A program made the position numbers and the translations under genes. DNA of 32,000 nt, taken from contig NZ_CP080507.1 of NCBI RefSeq assembly GCF_019464535.1, positions 3,960,001 to 3,992,000 on the forward strand, written 5' to 3'. Shown here in pieces: positions 17,325 to 24,837 of the stretch (the first letter of the stretch is position 1; each line of letters starts with the position of its first letter). Under the pieces are notes generated by a model. The model saw only the letters and a program-made list of their open reading frames with translations, made no database searches and was not told where the DNA came from. This DNA comes from Horticoccus luteus. Its GTDB lineage: Bacteria; Verrucomicrobiota; Verrucomicrobiia; Opitutales; Opitutaceae.

Positions 17325-17618
17325 ATGAAGACCGAACCGCAACTTTCTGTCCGTGCGATCTTCGGCGTTTTCATCGCCCTCATGGTGCTGCTCGCGTTGA
17401 CCGCGCTCGCGGACTACCTGCCGCCGAGCCGCTGGGCGCTGCCCATTTCTCTCACGATCGCGGTCGCGAAGATGGCGCTGATTTTCCTCTTCTTCATGCA
17501 CCTGCGTTATCAACGCGGCATGGTGCGCATCGCCGCCGCGGCGGGCTTCTTCTGGTTGGCGATTCTGCTGACGCTCACCTTCGGCGACTACCTCACGCGC
17601 GGCTGGGTCGCGCAATAG
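17325..17618 (+). CDS. ctaF: Cytochrome c oxidase subunit IV (small prokaryotic caa3 subunit)
   Basis: 97 aa starting at ATG 17325, 2 nt after the ctaE stop. Three hydrophobic helices with AVAKMALIFLFFMHL, as I remember for bacterial subunit IV. The call rests on position and size. Confidence 0.75.
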   Translation: MKTEPQLSVRAIFGVFIALMVLLALTALADYLPPSRWALPISLTIAVAKMALIFLFFMHLRYQRGMVRIAAAAGFFWLAILLTLTFGDYLTRGWVAQ

Positions 17619-17693
17619 ACTGGGACCGCCGCCGCCCCGCCCTTCGTTCCGCGGCGCACCGAACTCCACCGCCCCCAGCCTGACTGTTCTTTT

Positions 17694-19016
17694 ATGCTCC
17701 GGCTCTCTGCTCTCTGGATTTCGCTCCGGTCCAGCCTTTGGTTCATCCCGTCCATCATCGTCGTCGGCTCGATGCTGGCGGCCGACGGTCTGGTCGAGGC
17801 CGGCGCGCGCATTCCCGCACTCTCGCAAGCGCAACTCCCGCGGATCTTCGGGTTCGGCGCCGAAGGCTCTCGCGCCATGCTCTCGGCCATCGCCACGTCG
17901 ATGATCACCATCGCCGGCGTCGCGTTTTCGATCACGATCGTCGCGCTCTCCCTCGCCTCGAGCCAGTATTCTCCGCGCGTGCTGCGCCAGTTCATGCGCG
18001 ATCGCGCGAACCAAGGCGTGCTCGGCATTTTCGTCGGCGTATTCGCCTTTTGCCTCACCCTGCTCCCGCGCATTCGCGGCGGGGACGCCCACGCTTTCGT
18101 CCCGGCGCTCGCCGTCGCGTGCGGCGTGGTTTACGCACTCGTCGGCGTCGGCTGCCTCATCTTTTTCATCCACCATGTGGCCACCTCCATCCAGGTGTCC
18201 TGCATCGTCGCCGACATCGCCGCAGAAACACGCCGCGCCGCCGACCACGTCTTTCCCGCCGAGCCGGCCTCCAGCAATCCGACCCGGTCGCCGTTGCCTG
18301 ATTCCGACTGGCACCCCGTGCTGGCGCCGGCCTCGGGCTACATTCAATTGATCGATGAGCGCGCCTTGCTCCGCGCCGCCGTGAAACACGATCTCGTCAT
18401 TCGCTCCGAGCTGCCCATCGGCGAATTTGTCGTCGCCAGCGCACCCTTGCTCGTCGTCGCCGGAACCAACGCCGCCGATCCCGAGGCGCTGCGTGACCTT
18501 AAATCCGCGATCACGCTCAGCCGCGCCCAAACCGTTGAGCAGGACGTCCTGTTCGGCATGCGCCAGATCGTCGACGTCGCCCTGCGCGCGTTGTCGCCCT
18601 CGCTCAACGATCCCACGACCGGCGCACTCTGCATCGAATACCTCACCACGATCCTGCAGCCGCTCGTTTCGCGTCCACTGGGCGATGCCGTGCATTGCGT
18701 CGAAAAACGCCCCCGCGTGCACGTGCGCCGGCCCGACTTCGCCGCGCTGCTCGACCACACGTTCGGCGAAATCCGCGTGCACGCAGGCTCCGAACTGCTC
18801 GTTTACGAAGCGTTGTTGCGCGGGCTCTCCCTGCTCGCTGAAGCCGCCGTGGATCCGGCGCGCCGCGCAGTCCTCGCTCAAGAAGCCTCCGAGGTTCGCG
18901 CCAGCATCATCGCGCATCTGCCCCTTCCGCGCTCTACGGTGCTGCGGACGCGCGCCCAAGCGCTCGTCATCGCGCTCAACGCCCCGGGCGCCACCGCTTT
19001 GGTTTCGTCCGCGTAA
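17694..19016 (+). CDS. DUF2254-family membrane protein
   Basis: 440 aa. The N-terminus MLRLSALWISLRSSLWFIPSIIVVGSML and four N-terminal TM helices followed by a soluble domain of about 250 aa match my memory of DUF2254. It starts 76 nt downstream of ctaF on the same strand. Confidence 0.7.
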   Translation: MLRLSALWISLRSSLWFIPSIIVVGSMLAADGLVEAGARIPALSQAQLPRIFGFGAEGSRAMLSAIATSMITIAGVAFSITIVALSLASSQYSPRVLRQFMRDRANQGVLGIFVGVFAFCLTLLPRIRGGDAHAFVPALAVACGVVYALVGVGCLIFFIHHVATSIQVSCIVADIAAETRRAADHVFPAEPASSNPTRSPLPDSDWHPVLAPASGYIQLIDERALLRAAVKHDLVIRSELPIGEFVVASAPLLVVAGTNAADPEALRDLKSAITLSRAQTVEQDVLFGMRQIVDVALRALSPSLNDPTTGALCIEYLTTILQPLVSRPLGDAVHCVEKRPRVHVRRPDFAALLDHTFGEIRVHAGSELLVYEALLRGLSLLAEAAVDPARRAVLAQEASEVRASIIAHLPLPRSTVLRTRAQALVIALNAPGATALVSSA

Positions 19017-19079
19017 TCGCCCCCGCGCTGCGGCACTCGTGTGCGCCCGGGGCGCTCGTTCAATGTGAGCCCACTCGTC

Positions 19080-20114
19080 TCACGCCGCCACGCCGGGACT
19101 CTCCAGCGTATCCTCCACGTAAAGGTTTTTAACGAGCGCCAGCACCACGACCGCCAGCGGCGACGCAAAAATCATCCCGATCGGGCCAAAGAGAATCGCG
19201 GCCGCCAATGTCGCCACCAACGAGATCACCGGCGGGAGCCGCACCGCCCACCGTTGCAGCAGCGGAATCAAGACGTTGCTCTCCAGCGTCTGCACCACGA
19301 CGTAGAGGATCACCACCGACAACACCATCTTCGGGCTCTGCGTAAACGCCACGAGCACCCCGGGAATCGCGAAGAGGATCGGTCCCACCACCGGCACGAA
19401 CTCCAACACGGCCGCGATGAGGCCGAGCAACAACGCCAGGGGCACGCCCAAGATCGCCAGCCCCGTGCCCACCGCCACGCCCACGACCGCCATGGCGACC
19501 AGTTGCGCGAGCAGCCACTTCTGCAGATCCGCGCCAGCTTCCTCCAGCGCCGACTTCACCTGCGGCCGCCGACCCGGTGGCAGCAGCCGCAGAAAGCCCC
19601 GGAGATATTCTCCCGGATCGATCGCGAGATAGATGCTCACGAACAGCATCAACAGCATATCCGCCGCGCCCGCGAGCAGCGCCCCTGCCGCGAGTCCCAC
19701 GCGCGACACCGCGTCGCCGCTGTTCATCGCCTGGTGCACCGATCGCACGACCGAACGTCCGGTATCCGACGCCTGCAGGTGCGTTTTGATCTCCTGAATC
19801 GAGCGGGGAATCGTCTGCTGCAACTGCGCAAACTGTTCCGACGCCTGCGCGCCAAACGCCCACGCCGCGCCGATGAAGACCACGAGAAACACCACCACCA
19901 CCAGCACCACGCTCTTCTTCTCCGAAAGTTTGGTCCACCGCGCCACCGGCACCGCGATCCCGCGCCAAGCCGCCGCGCCCACCACGCCGCCGAACGCTAC
20001 GATCGCAACTTCGCTCGTTTTCCACAGCAGTAATCCCAGCGCCACCAGCGCCAGCCCGATTAATATGAAACGCGTGGCCGTTTGCGTTTTGGTCATCGAA
20101 GGGCGTCGCGGCAT
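19080..20114 (-). CDS. AI-2E family transporter (PerM/UPF0118 permease)
   Basis: 344 aa and polytopic. Characteristic C-terminal blocks are present (LGLIAAVLEFVPVVGPILFAIPGVLVAF, VLYVVVQTLESNVLIPLL, PPVISLVATLAAAILFGPIGMIFASPL). Confidence 0.85.
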   Translation of the reverse strand: MPRRPSMTKTQTATRFILIGLALVALGLLLWKTSEVAIVAFGGVVGAAAWRGIAVPVARWTKLSEKKSVVLVVVVFLVVFIGAAWAFGAQASEQFAQLQQTIPRSIQEIKTHLQASDTGRSVVRSVHQAMNSGDAVSRVGLAAGALLAGAADMLLMLFVSIYLAIDPGEYLRGFLRLLPPGRRPQVKSALEEAGADLQKWLLAQLVAMAVVGVAVGTGLAILGVPLALLLGLIAAVLEFVPVVGPILFAIPGVLVAFTQSPKMVLSVVILYVVVQTLESNVLIPLLQRWAVRLPPVISLVATLAAAILFGPIGMIFASPLAVVVLALVKNLYVEDTLESPGVAA

Positions 20115-20293
20115 GGAGGTGCACCCGCAGACGGGCGTCGGCCATTGGACCCGCGTTTCGCATCCGCGTTCTTGGCCATCGCCGGGGAGCGCTCCGACGC
20201 TGCATGCGACTGCCGCGGCCCCAACCCACGATCCGCCATTGCCTGATGTCGGCGGCCTTGCCCCGCGCGGGTTCAGCGCGACGTTGCCGGGTG

Positions 20294-20989
20294 ATGCACG
20301 GTTCGCTCCCCACTCTCGCTGTCATCTCGTTGAGCCTATCCGCCGTCTGCTCCTTGATCATCCTCGTCCACCTGCTGCGCGGCCACCGACAGCACATGTG
20401 GATCATGAACATCGTCTGGGTCGTCACCGCCCTCTACGCAGGCCCTTTCGCCCTCTGGGCTTATTTTCGCTGGGGCGTCCTCTCCACCCAGCGCGTGGTC
20501 ATGCAGGCGAAGCACCGCGGCGAGATGCCCCCCGGCCACCGCAAGCCCTTCTGGCAAATGGCCGCTGTCGGCACGCTCCACTGCGGCAGCGGCTGCACGC
20601 TGGGCGATGTCGTGGCGGAAACATTTCTCCTCATCGTCCCGCTCTCGCTGTTCGGGAAACCGCTCTTCGCCGCGTGGGCGCTCGACTACGTCCTCGCCCT
20701 GCTGTTCGGCGTGGCGTTTCAATATTTTACGATCAAGCCGATGCGCGGCCTCTCCGCCGGCGCCGCCCTCAAGAGCGCGCTCAAAGCCGACGTCCTCTCG
20801 CTCACCGCTTGGCAGATCGGCATGTATGGCTGGATGGCCGTCGTCGTGTTTCTCCTCTTCGGTCACGAGCTGGATAAGACCGGCCCGGTCTTCTGGTTCG
20901 AGATGCAGATCGCAATGCTCTGCGGCTTCGTCACCAGTTATCCGGTCAACCGCTGGCTGTTGAAAACCGGTATAAAGGAAAAGATGTAG
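20294..20989 (+). CDS. DUF4396-family membrane protein (start uncertain: 20204, 20246 or 20294)
   Basis: A hydrophobic protein with the conserved-looking HCGSGCTLGD motif and WIMNIVWVVTALYAGPFALWAY. The first 30 codons of the track ORF are R/P-rich, so I prefer ATG 20294 (MHGSLPTLAV...). Confidence 0.65.
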   Translation: MHGSLPTLAVISLSLSAVCSLIILVHLLRGHRQHMWIMNIVWVVTALYAGPFALWAYFRWGVLSTQRVVMQAKHRGEMPPGHRKPFWQMAAVGTLHCGSGCTLGDVVAETFLLIVPLSLFGKPLFAAWALDYVLALLFGVAFQYFTIKPMRGLSAGAALKSALKADVLSLTAWQIGMYGWMAVVVFLLFGHELDKTGPVFWFEMQIAMLCGFVTSYPVNRWLLKTGIKEKM

Positions 20990-21107
20990 TGCCGTCCTGT
21001 CCGCCACCTGCGCCCGCCGCACTAAGGGGCGCTTTCACCATGCCAGAAACGGCAATTCGCCGACACCGCGCGATTTGCCCGCGGCGCCGCCGGGCCGACA
21101 TTGCAGC

Positions 21108-22166
21108 ATGGAAACGCGTTCTGATTTTCCCCGCGCCGAAACTGTCGTGATCACCGGCGCCTCCGCCGGCGTCGGCCGCGCCACCGCCCGCGAGTTCGCC
21201 CGGCGCGGCGCCCGCCTCGGCCTCCTCGCCCGTGGCCGCGAACGCCTCGAAGCCACCCAACGCGAGGTCGAGGATCTCGGCGGGCGCGCCGTTATCCTCG
21301 CCGCCGATGTCGCCGATCCCCAGACCACCGAAACCCTCGCGCAAATGACCGAGGACGCGTTTGGCCCCATCGACATCTGGGTGAACAACGCCATGGCCTC
21401 CGTCTATTCGAAGATCGTGCACACGCCGCCGGAGGAAATGAAGCGCGTCACCGAGGTCACCTATCTCGGCTACGTCTATGGCACGCAGGCCGCGCTCCGC
21501 CGCATGCTCAAGCGCGATCGCGGGATGATCGTGCAAGTCGGCTCCGCCCTCGCCTACCGCAGCATCCCGCAACAATCCGCGTATTGCGCCGCCAAGCACG
21601 CCATCCATGGCTTCACCGATTCCCTTCGCTCCGAACTCATCGCCGACCACAGCCGCGTTCGCGTGACCATGGTGCAGCTCCCCTCGATGAACACCCCGCA
21701 GTTCGTCTGGGTGAAAAGTCGCCTCCCGCAAAAAGCCAAACCACCCGCGCCCATCTACCAGCCCGAAGTCGCCGCCCGCACCATCTATTGGGCCGCGCAC
21801 CACGACCGGCGCGAGGTGTATCTCGGTTTCATGACCGCCGCCGGCATCAAGGCCAACAAGGTCTGGCCCGGCTTGCTTGACCACTATCTCGTCGGCCGCT
21901 CGTTCAGCGATACGCACGAACCGCGCGATCCCAATCAGCCCGACAACCTCTTCTCCTCTGCGCCCGGCGAGTGGGCCGCGCACGGGCCGTTCGATGCCGA
22001 TGCCCAGGACCATTCATGGCAGATCCGTCTCTCGCGCCACCGCACGGCCGCCACGCTCTGCGCACTCGGGGCCGCCGGCGCGGTCGCCGCCCTCCTCTGG
22101 CGCCGCCACCACCGCGCCTCCACCATGCCGCGCCAACTCGGTCGCCCCGCGGCCGTTCCGCAATAA
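21108..22166 (+). CDS. Short-chain dehydrogenase/reductase (SDR) with a C-terminal extension of about 100 aa ending in a TM-like segment
   Basis: TGxxxGxG motif (VITGASAGVGRA), NNAM, and the catalytic S...YCAAK. Preferred start is ATG 21108 (METRSDF...). The tail contains AATLCALGAAGAVAALLWRRHHR. Confidence 0.85.
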   Translation: METRSDFPRAETVVITGASAGVGRATAREFARRGARLGLLARGRERLEATQREVEDLGGRAVILAADVADPQTTETLAQMTEDAFGPIDIWVNNAMASVYSKIVHTPPEEMKRVTEVTYLGYVYGTQAALRRMLKRDRGMIVQVGSALAYRSIPQQSAYCAAKHAIHGFTDSLRSELIADHSRVRVTMVQLPSMNTPQFVWVKSRLPQKAKPPAPIYQPEVAARTIYWAAHHDRREVYLGFMTAAGIKANKVWPGLLDHYLVGRSFSDTHEPRDPNQPDNLFSSAPGEWAAHGPFDADAQDHSWQIRLSRHRTAATLCALGAAGAVAALLWRRHHRASTMPRQLGRPAAVPQ

Positions 22167-22215
22167 CGCCAACGCCATTCCACCCGCGCGCCGCGGCCAA
22201 ACGCTCACGCGCGTT

Positions 22216-24327
22216 TTACTGCGACAAGTAACGCGTCGCGCACGCCGACGGCAGACCAAACACTTCCTTGTCGCGCAACGAGCGCAGCAGCGTGACGAAT
22301 TCCGCGTGCGCCCATACGAGTGGCATCGCCGAACCGGTCGCGCCGCCATTGTATAGTTCTCGCTCCGGAATGTCGTCCGCATCCCAGATTTGCTCCGGAA
22401 ACAAACCCGCGCCCGACTGGCTCTGCCGCACCATCGTCTGCATGAGCGCCTTCGCCGCCGCGCGGTCGCCGCGCGCAAGTTCGTAATGCGCGCGCTCGCC
22501 CGTCAGCACGGGCCAGCCACGCCCGATGCCGGAGCCGGTGAACGGCGCGCCTTGCACGTCCTCGCCATAACCATCGTGCGTATAGCGCCGCCACACCGCG
22601 CCCGACTTCGTCTCGTGCTTCAACGTCGCGTCGATCACCCGCACGGTGTTCACGATGCGCGGATCGTCTGCGCGCCGCAGCCCGTAACGCACCAGCGCCA
22701 GCGCATCCGGACTTACGATCTGCCACACCGGAAACGTCGCGTTCGCGCCCGGCGCCTGGTTTTTCAATTCCACCGTCGAATCGCGCAACGCCCCCGTGCG
22801 CTCCTCCTCCGGTAGCGACAACCGCACGTAGTAGCCCTCCACGCCGACCTGCCGCGCGAGCGGCGTATCCGTGACGTAGAGCCAGCGCTCGATCGACGCG
22901 TTCCACTCGTCCGCCGCCGCGCGCCAGCGCGCCGCCAGCTCGCCCGCATTGCGCTCATCCGCCATCTCCGCCGCTGACAGAAGCGCCGCGATCGCCGTCG
23001 CCAGGGTGTAGGGCGTGTAGCCGCGGTTCTCTTCCCAGCGATCCTGCTCTGTCACCGGTCCGCGCCGCGCCAGAAATTCCGCGGCCCGCCGCACCGCGTC
23101 CCACGGATCCACGACCCCGAGATCCGAATACCGCCGGATCGCCGCCACGAGCAGCACGAAACTCGCCGTCTGGTCGCTCTGGTTCACCGTCCAATGCGCC
23201 TCGCCGTCCACCCACATGTTCTGCGTCCAGTTCCCCTCCGGATTCTGTGTGCACATGAGGTAGAACATCGTCTGCCGCGCATCCATCGCGCGTCCCGCCG
23301 CGAGCAATGCGATCGCCGCGTGCACCTGATCGCGCGGCCACACCAGGTGATAGCCGCCGATGTCCTGGTCACCGTGCGCCCCACCCCACGGGATCGACAG
23401 GCTCGCGATGATCCCGCCGTGAAATAATTTGCTCTCGTGCGTGCGCAGCACCGCCGTGCTCACGCGATAAACGTCAAACGCCTCGCGCGCCGGACCCACC
23501 AGCGGCAGACACGTTTTCTGAAACGCCTGCCAGCCCGCGAGGTATTCCGCCTGCGTGTCGTCGAAGTCCGACAACAGGGCCGCGCGGGTGACATGCCCCG
23601 CCGCCCAGTGTTGATCGCCAAATCCGATCGCGATGACGAATTCCCCGCCGCACGCCGCGAGATCGATCTCGCCCGTGAGCGCGATATTCCCGTCGTGCGC
23701 CGCCGGGTAAAGCTCCTGCAGCCGCCCGTTCGCGTGCACCTGCTGCCAGCCGTCGCTCGTGCCAACGTAGCCGCAACTCCGCGCGCGCCACCCGGCCGAA
23801 CACCCGATCGCCATCGTCACATGCTCCCGCTGCGCGAACAACAGCTCCGTCCCGCGAAACGCGTCCGCCCAACCGTCGTTGCCCCCGCCCTGATTCGCGA
23901 TGTGCGGCGCCGCGAGCAGATACAGCCGGTAATCCTGCAACGTTCCTTGCCGCGCCTCGAATTTCACGCGCATCAACAACACCGGCCGGCGCGGATCAGT
24001 GAAAATCGTCTTCGTCATCCGGTAGCGGCCGTGTTCGCACGTGTTCGTCTGCCGATACGCCGGCACGCCTTGCGCCAGCGGCTCGATCAGGTGCGTCGTG
24101 TGGCGTTTCTCCTCCGAGAAAAACCCACCCTCCGCCGCCACGAGAAATTCCACGTCGCGCGTGTTCGCGCAGTCGAGACGCGGAAAATAGATCTCGTTGA
24201 GCACACCATGCGCGAGCGTGAACCACACCGGGCTCTCGCCGCTCATCGCCGTGCCCACGCCCGACTTCGCGCTCGAGGTCCACCGCGGCGGCAGGCCCGG
24301 CTGGCCCGGGGGATTCTCCGCGCTCAT
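22216..24327 (-). CDS. Glycoside hydrolase family 15 (bacterial glucoamylase / glucodextranase / trehalase-type) enzyme with no signal peptide
   Basis: Preferred start is ATG 24327 (MSAENPPGQPGLPPRWTSSAKSGVGTA...), which overlaps the stop of the upstream gene (ATGA). An N-terminal beta-sandwich region is followed by an (alpha/alpha)6-type region with LVWPRDQ and DRWEENRGY blocks typical of GH15. The first 64 codons of the track ORF are R/A/G junk. Confidence 0.85.
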   Translation of the reverse strand: MSAENPPGQPGLPPRWTSSAKSGVGTAMSGESPVWFTLAHGVLNEIYFPRLDCANTRDVEFLVAAEGGFFSEEKRHTTHLIEPLAQGVPAYRQTNTCEHGRYRMTKTIFTDPRRPVLLMRVKFEARQGTLQDYRLYLLAAPHIANQGGGNDGWADAFRGTELLFAQREHVTMAIGCSAGWRARSCGYVGTSDGWQQVHANGRLQELYPAAHDGNIALTGEIDLAACGGEFVIAIGFGDQHWAAGHVTRAALLSDFDDTQAEYLAGWQAFQKTCLPLVGPAREAFDVYRVSTAVLRTHESKLFHGGIIASLSIPWGGAHGDQDIGGYHLVWPRDQVHAAIALLAAGRAMDARQTMFYLMCTQNPEGNWTQNMWVDGEAHWTVNQSDQTASFVLLVAAIRRYSDLGVVDPWDAVRRAAEFLARRGPVTEQDRWEENRGYTPYTLATAIAALLSAAEMADERNAGELAARWRAAADEWNASIERWLYVTDTPLARQVGVEGYYVRLSLPEEERTGALRDSTVELKNQAPGANATFPVWQIVSPDALALVRYGLRRADDPRIVNTVRVIDATLKHETKSGAVWRRYTHDGYGEDVQGAPFTGSGIGRGWPVLTGERAHYELARGDRAAAKALMQTMVRQSQSGAGLFPEQIWDADDIPERELYNGGATGSAMPLVWAHAEFVTLLRSLRDKEVFGLPSACATRYLSQ

Positions 24328-24764
24328 GCGCCCACCTCGGGCGCGATCAACGCCAGTCCCGATTCCGGATCCAACCGCCGCTCCAACGCGCCACCTTCTG
24401 TCAGCATGACTTCCAGCGTGGGGCGCACGTGCGCTTCCTGCAAGTGTCCACCGATCGTCGAGCCATCGCGCCGCCCCAGCACGGCGTGCATGTGCACCAC
24501 CGGCTCGTCGCCCTTCCACGCGAAGTCGCCCGTCAACACGAGCACCTCCACTTGCTCCTGCACCGGAATCTCTTGGTAGCGCTTCGTCTCCCAGTCGAAA
24601 TACGCGAGCTTCGCCGACTGGAACGCCCCGATCGCCGTGAATCGCGCCGCCCGGATGTTTTCCTTTTTCGCAAACGCCTTCAACTCCGCCATCACGCGAT
24701 CACCGGTTTCAAAGATGAGCGCGCGTTGCTTCGTCCCGCCGTGTGTGAGTGTTCTCGCTTTCAT
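24324..24764 (-). CDS. PPC (DUF296) domain protein
   Basis: 146 aa: ...LIFETGDRVMAELKAFAKKENIRAARFTAIGAFQSAKLAYFDWETKRYQEIPVQEQVEVLVLTGDFAW...VHMHAVLGRRDGSTIGGHLQEAHVRPTLEVML... The pattern matches my memory of the bacterial PPC/DUF296 fold. Confidence 0.75.
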   Translation of the reverse strand: MKARTLTHGGTKQRALIFETGDRVMAELKAFAKKENIRAARFTAIGAFQSAKLAYFDWETKRYQEIPVQEQVEVLVLTGDFAWKGDEPVVHMHAVLGRRDGSTIGGHLQEAHVRPTLEVMLTEGGALERRLDPESGLALIAPEVGA

Positions 24765-24837
24765 AAAATGATTCGCCCGCTGCCCACGCCTCCGTCAGCG
24801 GCCGCGCCGCCGCAGCTCACGCCACCGCCGCCCCCGG

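Noticed and set aside
17619-17693. Terminator after ctaF (cgccgc...gcggcg)
   Set aside because: The stem is only 6 bp, the loop is about 15 nt and no T-tract follows. This is not convincing, so DUF2254 may be co-transcribed.
22199-22217. Hairpin aaacgc-tcacgc-gcgttt followed by TT between the convergent SDR and GH15 genes
   Set aside because: The stem is 6 bp and overlaps the GH15 stop codon. It is too weak to call a terminator, though it could act as a bidirectional one.
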